This document shows positions 6,682-14,202 of a stretch of DNA of 30,358 bases, one piece after another. Position numbers and translations under genes: made by a program. Source of the DNA: a virus (taxonomy: Duplodnaviria > Heunggongvirae > Uroviricota > Caudoviricetes). The stretch is taken from the IMG/VR virus record IMGVR_UViG_3300029267_003506; one strand, 5' to 3'. The notes beneath the pieces were generated by a model. The model was not told the origin of the DNA, did no database searches, and was given only the letters and a program-made list of their open reading frames with translations. Numbering within the stretch: the first letter of the stretch is position 1; every line of letters begins with the position of its first letter.

Positions 6682-6960
6682 TCATTTCTCTTTTTTCGCT
6701 TCCTTGTCGAGTAGTTTTTTGAGACTCCGGAACAAGCCGTCCAACACCTTCATGGTGGTGTCAATGTTCTTGGCTCGCGCATATGCTTTCTGAATACGTC
6801 GCTGAATGGCTTCCGGCTCAGTGACTTTCCCCTCTGCAATAGGTCCAATGGCATGCAGAATCTCACCCAGAGAATGATGCTTGATGGCGCTATCCCACTC
6901 GCGCTCGATTTTTGACCCAACACCGCCAGCCGTAAGTTCCTTTGCCAGTTTCCTCGCCAT
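6682..6960 (-). CDS. MDER-family protein with eroded leader, 92 aa
   Basis: MARKLAKELTA; an out-of-frame relic ACG-GAC-GAA-CGA-AGA (T-D-E-R-R) sits at 6979-6965 behind a GGGGAG RBS. Confidence 0.7.
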   Translation of the reverse strand: MARKLAKELTAGGVGSKIEREWDSAIKHHSLGEILHAIGPIAEGKVTEPEAIQRRIQKAYARAKNIDTTMKVLDGLFRSLKKLLDKEAKKEK

Positions 6961-6986
6961 CTGTTCTTCGTTCGTCCGTGCTCCCC

Positions 6987-7349
6987 TTACAGATAAAGGT
7001 CTTTCCGAACATTGTTGCCGTTGATGACAGCCTTGGTCAAGAGCCGCGTGATACTTTTCTTCGCCTGTTCATCAAGTTCCTCAGGCATGTTTTTGAGCCA
7101 CGTGAGAGCATTCCCGACATTCACATCATACTCGTCCAATGCCCCAATTGCTCTCATGCGCTCTGCACGTAAACGATTGGCTGCCTTCCCCGCACGCATC
7201 ACAGCATCAATGGCATCGTTCGGATTCTGCTTGCGAAGAAATCTTGCCGCAATAGAAAGCTCACGGTCAAGTTCGTCCAAAGCGCTGCCACCACCATTCA
7301 ATCGCTTCGCCAACTTCACCAATTCCGCAGCTACCTTCCGCTTGTCCAT
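6987..7349 (-). CDS. MDER-leader family protein, 120 aa
   Basis: Start trimmed to MDKRKVAAELVKLAKRL; AGGGGA RBS lies within the 133-bp repeat. Confidence 0.85.
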   Translation of the reverse strand: MDKRKVAAELVKLAKRLNGGGSALDELDRELSIAARFLRKQNPNDAIDAVMRAGKAANRLRAERMRAIGALDEYDVNVGNALTWLKNMPEELDEQAKKSITRLLTKAVINGNNVRKDLYL

Positions 7350-7478
7350 CTCAAATCCCCTATGTAAATCTCTCAGAAAAGCCCACACAAGGCTTTACAT
7401 TACCAGGGATATAAAGAAATTGTGCAGGTGTGCCGCTATTTTGCCCGTACACAGCCAGAAAGAGCCGCTGTGCAACGC
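7346..7478. repeat. 133-bp upstream block, copy 2
   Basis: About 93% identical to 1958-2090. Confidence 0.95.
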
Positions 7479-7524
7479 TAACCACATGACCAGTACCTCA
7501 AACCCCTCAAACCCCAGGAGCCCC

Positions 7525-8877
7525 TCAAGACGCCCCCACAGCCACCGCTTTGAATTCCTCACTCAACTTCCAATATTCCCTCAATGCCACAGAACCACAC
7601 CGATTCTGAAACTGAGCAGCACTCTCCCCTTCCCCCTCGGCAACCAACCGCTCAATATGCTCCGGACAGTCAGCCAAAATACGCTCCGCTAAAAGACGAC
7701 GCTCACGCTCGCCCAAAATCGTCAAACGAACCGAAAAATCAATCCGACCAGGACGCGTGCAACCGTCCTGCCCCCTAATCGGAGCACCCAACGCAGCATC
7801 CAAAAATTCCACATGATTCGTCGTCACAATAGTCAAAATCCCATCACTCACCTCAATGCCGTCAATCGTGTTCAAAAACACATCAAACGAAAGAGGCTTC
7901 CCCATCGTCGACTCCGCCCCAACATGCGTCCGCCCATGAAAAACACCATCAATATCCTCAATCAAAGCAATGCACGGCACCATCCGCTTCAACCCCATCC
8001 ACCCCTCCTGAAACTCGCGGTCAGTAAAAGACCCAAGCGCAAAAGAAACAATCGGTAAATCCAAATGCCTCCCTATTGCCCGAACCAACGACGTCTTCCC
8101 CGTCCCCGGAGGACCATAAAAAAGAGCCCCACGCTTCCAAGGAATCCCCCTCTCCTTGTACCACCCCTCCGAGTTCTTCCAGTGCTCCAGCATCTTCACC
8201 GCATCCATCACCGAAGCAGGAAAAACCAACGACTCAAAAGGATTCCCATCTGTCGCACCTTCCTCTCCAAGTTGGTCCGGAACCCAATGAATAAGACGCT
8301 TGTCCCATAAATCGAGGTCTGATTCCACCTCCTCGTCCACGCATTCTTTGGAATTCTCCTGTCCTCCATTCGAAACCTCTCCAAATGTCCCAAACGCGCG
8401 CCGGATAAAAAAACGCTTCTCCCGAAAACCAACGTATTTGACCCGATTGTAAATCTCAATCGCCTCAAATACAAATTTGTCAATGTCAAGAGTCCCACGG
8501 ATGAAACTCAACCTGAACGTGCCATCGTAATCGCCAGATGAATCCCTCTCAGCCCGACTAAAGAAAATCGGTATCCACCCATAGAAAAATAACAAGCCAG
8601 AATGCGCAATGTCCTCGTAAACCACACTCTGGTTGCGATTCCGAGGACGCACAAAATACCTGCCCGCCCTGAAATACCGGTCCCCAATCCGAACCCGACG
8701 CATTTTCTTCCAACAAAAATACGAAATGGCTAACCCAAGTGAACCGTTGCGAATCATCACGTTAACCACAAATAGACTACGGACCTTCGCCAAAAAACCC
8801 CTGATCTGACCCCAAAAAGCAACCAGACCAGCAACCACAGGACCACCAATCAATAAACCACTGACACCATCCAACAT
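7525..8877 (-). CDS. BCS1-like AAA+ ATPase with N-terminal hydrophobic segment, 450 aa
   Basis: Walker A GPPGTGKTS, Walker B IALIEDIDG, FLNTIDG, SRH TTNHVEFLDAAL..RPGRID, and a W..RGIPWKRG pre-Walker motif. Start at MLDGVSG (GGAG RBS, TGATG coupling). Confidence 0.85.
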   Translation of the reverse strand: MLDGVSGLLIGGPVVAGLVAFWGQIRGFLAKVRSLFVVNVMIRNGSLGLAISYFCWKKMRRVRIGDRYFRAGRYFVRPRNRNQSVVYEDIAHSGLLFFYGWIPIFFSRAERDSSGDYDGTFRLSFIRGTLDIDKFVFEAIEIYNRVKYVGFREKRFFIRRAFGTFGEVSNGGQENSKECVDEEVESDLDLWDKRLIHWVPDQLGEEGATDGNPFESLVFPASVMDAVKMLEHWKNSEGWYKERGIPWKRGALFYGPPGTGKTSLVRAIGRHLDLPIVSFALGSFTDREFQEGWMGLKRMVPCIALIEDIDGVFHGRTHVGAESTMGKPLSFDVFLNTIDGIEVSDGILTIVTTNHVEFLDAALGAPIRGQDGCTRPGRIDFSVRLTILGERERRLLAERILADCPEHIERLVAEGEGESAAQFQNRCGSVALREYWKLSEEFKAVAVGAS

Positions 8878-9097
8878 CAGCCAATCTCCCCAAACCCACA
8901 CAAAAGCGCCGCCTGCTGCTTCCTGAACGGACACCCAAAAGGAACCTCCCGTAATTCCTCCAACATCGTCCCCACTACCAACCAAGGCGTCTCAATACCC
9001 CCCCCACCCTGCGCTTCGCCATATGACAATACCCCTCCGTCCCCGCTAATGAGAGATAATGCCCACACCGCTCACATATGCCCCGGTTCACCACCAC
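8877..9097 (-). pseudogene. Cys-rich family gene split at a G8 tract
   Basis: GTG..NRGICERCGH..CHMAKRRVGG in one frame. The -1 frame after G8 (8998-9005) gives IETPW..REVPFGCPFRKQQ..* and is coupled by TGATG to the ATPase. Confidence 0.6.
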
Positions 9098-9170
9098 TTT
9101 CGTAAAAACCCCCTCTTGAGTTCCGTTTTTTGAATTTTTACCCCCATTGCCTGAATTCGAAAATATTTGC

Positions 9171-9782
9171 TCAAATCACCTCTAACCCACGACATACGTT
9201 CGCCAAAGAACCATCAACATTCTTCACCCAAACAAAATGCCCATAAGCCGCCGCATCAGTCCCCTTCGGCCGACGAGGGTCAAACGCAGGACGACGACTG
9301 TGGACAAAAATGTAACTCGGCATGTACCCTCCCCGCCACCAATCCCGCCGCTTCTGACTCTCTAAAAAACTCAAACGTAATAAAAACGCCACCCGCCCAC
9401 CAGGAATAACATCATGAAGCGCCTTCTCAATAAACTCCCGCGCATGCTTGAACGGTGGATTGGAAATAATCACGTCCGGCTTCGCTAAACTCTTTCGCTG
9501 ACTAATATCCGTCCCTAAATAATCACCCGTAAACTCCGCCGGTGAATCACCCCGAATGTCCATAGTCCTCACCTGACCACTAGGAATCATGCGCCCCTGA
9601 ATCAATACCTCCGGATATGGCATCGAATATGACCCCGCTAACCCACCTGCACATGGGTCAAAATAACGAAACTTGCACGAAATAATAGCCGGATACGCAT
9701 CAAAAAAATCAGTAATCGTACCCAGCGGAGTAACGTAATGGTCGTCCTTCAAACGGTCATGATTCTTATTTGCCCTGCTCAT
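9171..9782 (-). CDS. SAM-dependent amino-(N6-adenine/N4-cytosine) DNA methyltransferase, 203 aa
   Basis: D.Y.TP, motif I FDPCAG, motif IV IISNPPF, and VAFLLRLSFLES..R typical of solitary phage MTases. Confidence 0.85.
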   Translation of the reverse strand: MSRANKNHDRLKDDHYVTPLGTITDFFDAYPAIISCKFRYFDPCAGGLAGSYSMPYPEVLIQGRMIPSGQVRTMDIRGDSPAEFTGDYLGTDISQRKSLAKPDVIISNPPFKHAREFIEKALHDVIPGGRVAFLLRLSFLESQKRRDWWRGGYMPSYIFVHSRRPAFDPRRPKGTDAAAYGHFVWVKNVDGSLANVCRGLEVI

Positions 9783-9869
9783 TGGTCCCCCTCACCCGCC
9801 TTGCAATTTTTTCCAGAGATAACCACTCACAATTCCCAGTCGTCGCACTATACTCAGCCAACCCCCGCC

Positions 9870-9965
9870 TCACATCAAAACGATTCGGTCTCCTGTCAGA
9901 ACCCCTCCTATTACCCCTGCCAAAATCCCCAACATAAATACCTTGTCCTTGCTGCTATTCATCAT
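9870..9965 (-). CDS. Possible 31-aa membrane microprotein (MMNSSKDKVFMLGILAGVIGGVLTGDRIVLM)
   Basis: GGAGGGG RBS and one hydrophobic stretch; below the ORF-track cutoff. Confidence 0.45.
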   Translation of the reverse strand: MMNSSKDKVFMLGILAGVIGGVLTGDRIVLM

Positions 9966-10055
9966 ACCCCTCCCTCAAAATATCAAGTGCTCCAGCCACG
10001 TCGTCTCATAAGCACATGAACGGAAACACCTGCAATAAATCACCCACCGCTTCCT

Positions 10056-10253
10056 CTATGGCTTCTCTCGACTGTCCCTAAAATCACAATCCCCATAATC
10101 ACTATACCCCGTGTCCTCTAACTCCCAATCCGGCCACAACTGCTCCGTATCACAACTCCAACACCGAAAACCATCATAATCATACCTCTCCGATAACGTC
10201 ACCCAACACCGCCTCCCACACGCCATACAATCAGCATCCACTATCGTCGTCAT
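10056..10253 (-). CDS. Small 4-Cys Zn-binding protein, 65 aa
   Basis: CMAC..CWSC; GGGGG RBS. Confidence 0.7.
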   Translation of the reverse strand: MTTIVDADCMACGRRCWVTLSERYDYDGFRCWSCDTEQLWPDWELEDTGYSDYGDCDFRDSREKP

Positions 10254-10300
10254 ACCCCCACTCTCTCTTTTCCGATTTTTTCAGCGCGTAATTCAGCCCT

Positions 10301-10607
10301 TTTCGTTTCAAATACGTTCCAAAAAAAGAGTTCCCGAATTTTTTCCAGCACCAGGGATACCGCGCCCGACACTACCCCAGAACCATAACCGACCTATTTT
10401 CCGCCCCATGTATCGCCCCCATATCGCTACATGAATTCGTCCTTTTCGTTCCAAATGCACTCAAAAAAAGGATTCTCGGCTCGCCATCTTCCGTCCTTCA
10501 CAACCTTTTTTCGTTCCAAACGCACTCAAAAAAAGGATTCTCGGATTTTTTCTAGCGAACCGGTAACATAGCCATAGGACCCCTTGAAATGATAACCGAC
10601 CTATTTT
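10301..10607. repeat. Intergenic repeat cluster: 3x TTTCGTT(C/T)CAAA..A7..TTC(T/C)CG and 2x ATAACCGACCTATTTT
   Basis: A-tract units at 10301-10349, 10443-10479 and 10507-10556; 16-mers at 10385-10400 and 10592-10607. Confidence 0.85.
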
Positions 10608-10937
10608 TTCCATGGGCACCCTCCAACCACCCCACCATCCAGGGAGGGGTAGGAGAGTCCCCCGTTGATTCTTTCACTAGAGAGAATCAACACATGGTCA
10701 ATCAGGTTGTAATAAAAGTCGCCCAGGTAGTCGGGCAGGCACAGGATAGTTCGCTCAGAGTTGGCACAGTATCAGCCTATGGAATGATTGTACGACTGGG
10801 TCTGGGATTTGGTCTATGAATTCTGGGAGACATCGTGTATTCAGTCCCAAAGAAAATTTGTGTTTTTCGACGGCTTTTGTTTTTTGGGGTCGGTTATATC
10901 AACGAGAAGACAGGAATATTTGATGATAGGAGGAATG

Positions 10938-11198
10938 ATGAAGATAGAACAAGCCATGGCAGTATGGAACAGTGGAGTCTCTGTGGAAGAAGCCGTCGCA
11001 CGATATGGGTCGGAGATGGCAGACTTCTTTGCTGACTTCGAGCAGGCTGTCGGCTGTCGCTCCTTCACAGTGCATGAACTGCTGAGTGGGCATATTGGAG
11101 CCGTGGCGAGTCCCAAAGAGCTATCAGAGGAATATGCTCGGTGGAAGGGCATCATTGGACCTGGGAAACTCTTGCGTGAGATAATTTCCCAGGGATGA
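10938..11198 (+). CDS. Hypothetical protein, 86 aa (MKIEQAMAVW...)
   Basis: GGAGG RBS at 10929-10933; the track's 10788 start lacks support. Confidence 0.7.
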   Translation: MKIEQAMAVWNSGVSVEEAVARYGSEMADFFADFEQAVGCRSFTVHELLSGHIGAVASPKELSEEYARWKGIIGPGKLLREIISQG

Positions 11199-11212
11199 AT
11201 ATTGCTGTTTTT

Positions 11213-11398
11213 TCAAGAGGCTTTTTCATTGAGCAAGTGTTCTGGGGGCTTATCGTCAGTTCGTCTTCTTGCAGAGCCCCGGGGATGACCATAGGGACAC
11301 CAGATAGTTTTTTCACGGCACCATACGATATCTGCCGTGGTGAAGTCTTGGTGTAGAACTCTTTCGTAACAGCGTTGGCAGATGGCTTTGGTCAGCAT
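11213..11398 (-). CDS. Cys-rich family protein with an internal deletion of the CPYxLEH segment
   Basis: MLTKAICQRC..W..IWCP..KPPEHLL. Confidence 0.7.
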   Translation of the reverse strand: MLTKAICQRCYERVLHQDFTTADIVWCREKTIWCPYGHPRGSARRRTDDKPPEHLLNEKAS

Positions 11399-11484
11399 GA
11401 GTTTTCTGCCGGTTTAAGAATGTGGTGAAACCCAGGGACAATTCTCTAAAACAGCCTGAATTTGGTCGTTTAAGAGCCGCTGTG

Positions 11485-11691
11485 CTATGTTTGGGGCTTT
11501 GGTGATTTCCTAGCCGCCAGGATTGCTTTGTGCCCCTGGAAATGGAACTGAGGGGGTGTCTTGTCATTCTTCTTGGGTTTGGGATGGGGTTCACGCAGTT
11601 TTGATTTCATGGGTCTACGGCAATTCATCAGGACGTGTTCGACATGGTAAGGACAGTCATGGGGGATATGGCTCATCTCTTCCACGGGCAT
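11485..11691 (-). pseudogene. C-terminal fragment of a Cys-rich family gene
   Basis: IPHDCPYHVEHVL is present, but no in-frame CxxC N-terminus (stops upstream). Confidence 0.4.
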
Positions 11692-11786
11692 ATGGGGAAG
11701 GCAACGTGAGATTCCAAGAGAATATGGAGGTTACTGTGGCGCTCATGTTGACTTCCTTGGCTGAAAAGGGCACCCGGTAGAGGTTT

Positions 11787-12536
11787 CTAAAAGCCTGTTT
11801 TTCTCTCGGTCTTACGGTAGTCTTCGAATCTGGCTTTAGCGATGGTTTGTCGGTCTGTGCTTCGGAGTACAATGCCTTCTGGGGTACCTGTTGCGGTTTT
11901 GTCGATGGCTGCTTGGGTGTTGGGGAGTTTCTCTTTCATGAATTCCAGCATTTCTCTTCGGTCGGTGGGGAGTTCACTTGGCTCACATTGGAAGAGACTG
12001 GGGACGAGGGGGAGTTTGAGGCTAGTGGCTTCTTCTTGCAGTGTTGGGAGGGGGAGGTAGGTTTGTCCTCCTGATTCACGCCAGGATGAGATGCGTTCGA
12101 TGTCTTCGCTGAAAAGGCGCGTTGCTTCTTGAACAGTGAACGTAGCGATATCGAAGAGCCTGACCGAGACGGCTCTTTTACTGTACGCTTTGGTGTGGAT
12201 GCCGTAAGTTTCGAAGTAGTAGACGGTCAGCGATTGGTGTGGCTTTTCATATACGATGCGTTCTGCGGTTTCTCTCAGGGCGTCGACGATACCTTGGGAC
12301 GGGTTATAGAGCATATCGTTACAGAAGCAGAGGAGTTCGTTTCTGCTGCCGATGAAGTAGGTGCCATAAGGGAGGATAATGATACGGCTGTTGGTGCCGT
12401 CTATTTTCTCAGTGGCGTAAATGGTGTCTTGGAATTGTATTATGTCTTCTGTGAGGCAGCCATTGGAGGGGTTGAGGGCGTGGTAGGTGGGGATACTCGG
12501 GTATTTGGTCATTGAGTTGAATTTAGCGAGGTTCAT
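11787..12536 (-). CDS. RNA ligase family (Rnl2-like nucleotidyltransferase domain) protein, 249 aa
   Basis: KYPSI, motif I TEKIDGTN, YYFET, LFDI, EGIVLR and IAKARFEDY; TATAAT upstream at 12580-12575. Confidence 0.85.
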   Translation of the reverse strand: MNLAKFNSMTKYPSIPTYHALNPSNGCLTEDIIQFQDTIYATEKIDGTNSRIIILPYGTYFIGSRNELLCFCNDMLYNPSQGIVDALRETAERIVYEKPHQSLTVYYFETYGIHTKAYSKRAVSVRLFDIATFTVQEATRLFSEDIERISSWRESGGQTYLPLPTLQEEATSLKLPLVPSLFQCEPSELPTDRREMLEFMKEKLPNTQAAIDKTATGTPEGIVLRSTDRQTIAKARFEDYRKTERKTGF

Positions 12537-12675
12537 GATGGTTTTCTTTCTTGCGAGCAGTTTTTTGCAGATAGATTATACGAACAAGGGGGACATTTTT
12601 TTCATGGAATTTTACGGATTTTGGGCAATGGGAGCGGTTATACAAGAGGATTTCGTTTAGAGGAGGGCTTTTCAC

Positions 12676-12840
12676 ATGGCTTATATTGTCAAAGGTTGGG
12701 CTTTGTTTTATTCGTCTGATGATGGGGGCTACTACTGGCAGTCTGATGATGGTTGGGGCGATGAGACGAGCCGGCTTTATGAATCTAGGGAAGAAGCGTT
12801 GAAGGATATGGAGCGGGGCGAGGTAAAGAGCGATGACTAG
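12676..12840 (+). CDS. Small acidic protein, 54 aa (MAYIVKGWALFYSSDDGGYYWQ...)
   Basis: AGGAGG RBS; stop overlaps the next start; below the track cutoff. Confidence 0.7.
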   Translation: MAYIVKGWALFYSSDDGGYYWQSDDGWGDETSRLYESREEALKDMERGEVKSDD

Positions 12841-13084
12841 GGAGCATCCGATTTGTCTTCGGTGTGGCTATCCTATTTGCGTTTCTCTTGAGCACATGAG
12901 GGGCGTGACTGGTTGTCGGGAGTGTCTTTCTACTGACGAGGTAGAGCGGCTTCAGGGTGTTTTTCCGGTTGATGAGGGGAGGTTCTGGGAGGTTTTGGTG
13001 GTTGAGGTTGATGGGGGAATAACGACGGCGCGAGCGAGACGCGGGGGTCTTGAGCGTGTTTTTGTGTTGGCGAATTTCAAGTGA
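12833..13084 (+). CDS. 4-Cys Zn-finger protein, 83 aa
   Basis: CLRC..CREC; coupled to the upstream ORF. Confidence 0.7.
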   Translation: MTREHPICLRCGYPICVSLEHMRGVTGCRECLSTDEVERLQGVFPVDEGRFWEVLVVEVDGGITTARARRGGLERVFVLANFK

Positions 13085-13095
13085 GGTTTTGGTGG

Positions 13096-13258
13096 TTATT
13101 GAGAGTTTGCCAGTTTCTCTTCAGAAAGCAGTCGTGGTATTGCCTTTGCTGCTTGTGCGCTACTTCGGGTTGACCCTTTTCCGATTGTCTTGCCATTATG
13201 TTGAACGACCCACGGGATGCCTTTAGGGGTTTCTTGGCTTTTAATTTCAATTCAGCAT
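13096..13258 (-). pseudogene. Possible frameshifted small gene ML-[fs]-IEIKSQETPKGIPWVVQHNGKTIGKG...
   Basis: The coupled ATG CTG AAT TGA stops at once; removing one A joins it to an open 51-codon frame. Confidence 0.4.
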
Positions 13259-13446
13259 TGGTTTCTCATCAGGTGCTCAAGACAGTATGGGCAGTGTTTG
13301 GGGGGTTTTTCATGTACACTTATCCAATCACCTTCTGCGGCCATTTTGCACCAGATGTGTCCTTGTTGCCATATTCTTTCTGTCGGTCGTCCCCAGGTCC
13401 ATCCTTTTTGTTCGAGGCATTTTCTGCAGACGGTTTTGTCCAGCAT
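13252..13446 (-). CDS. Small Cys-rich family protein, 64 aa
   Basis: MLDKTVCRKC..W.W..IWC..PPKHCPYCLEHL; directly downstream of the MORN array. Confidence 0.85.
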   Translation of the reverse strand: MLDKTVCRKCLEQKGWTWGRPTERIWQQGHIWCKMAAEGDWISVHEKPPKHCPYCLEHLMRNQC

Positions 13447-13470
13447 TTCCCGTTGTCCTCATTTACGGCT

Positions 13471-14202
13471 TTAGTCCTCATCTACCCAGTCCTCTGAAGT
13501 CTCGATGCTGATAAGGGCTCCATTGTCGAAAACCTGAGCAAGCCAGGAGCCATCTGCTTTGACTTGCTCTGCTGTGCCATGGGGTTTGCCGTCTTTCCAG
13601 TGGCTAACAATCCAAGAACCGTCTGCTTTGACTTGCTCTGCTGTGCCATGGGGTTTATCATCTTTCCAGTAGTCAACACACCAGGAGTCATCGGAATTTA
13701 CCTGCTCACATCTACCGTGGAGTTTGCCCTCTTTCCAAATACTAATTTCCCAGGAACCGTCTGAGTTTACCCGTTCACGTCTGCCGTGGAGTTTGCCCTC
13801 TTTCCAAATGCTAATTTCCCAGAAACCGTCTGAGAATACCCATTCACGTTTGCCGTGGAGATTGCCGTTCTTCAGATTTTCAACACGCCAAGAAGAGCCG
13901 TCTGAGTTTACCCACTCGCATTTGCCATGACGTTTGCCATTTTTCCAGTTTTCAACATACCAGGAGCCATCTGCTTTTACCCGTTCTCGTTTGCCATGGC
14001 ACTTGTCATCTTTCCAGTTATCAACACGCCAAGAGCCGTCTGAGTTTACTTGTTCACATTTGCCATGTTTCTGACCGTATTTCCAGTTTTCAACATACCA
14101 AAAACCGTCTGAATATACTCGTTCTCGTCTGCCGTGGAGTTTGCCGTTCTCCCGGTTTTCAACAAGCCAAGAACCGTCGTCATTCACGGTCTCAGTCTTC
14201 AT
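13471..14202 (-). CDS. MORN-variant repeat protein (YwqK-like), 9 repeats, 243 aa
   Basis: 23-aa GSWxVxxWKxGKxHGxxExVxxD repeats with constant MKTETVNDD and ..ETSEDWVDED caps. Confidence 0.92.
   Translation of the reverse strand: MKTETVNDDGSWLVENRENGKLHGRRERVYSDGFWYVENWKYGQKHGKCEQVNSDGSWRVDNWKDDKCHGKRERVKADGSWYVENWKNGKRHGKCEWVNSDGSSWRVENLKNGNLHGKREWVFSDGFWEISIWKEGKLHGRRERVNSDGSWEISIWKEGKLHGRCEQVNSDDSWCVDYWKDDKPHGTAEQVKADGSWIVSHWKDGKPHGTAEQVKADGSWLAQVFDNGALISIETSEDWVDED

Noticed and set aside
13252-13254. Stop-codon reassignment or selenocysteine read-through at TGA
   Set aside because: TGA, TAG and TAA all act as ordinary stops elsewhere in the window (for example the TGA-overlap junctions), and no SECIS-like hairpin was recognised.
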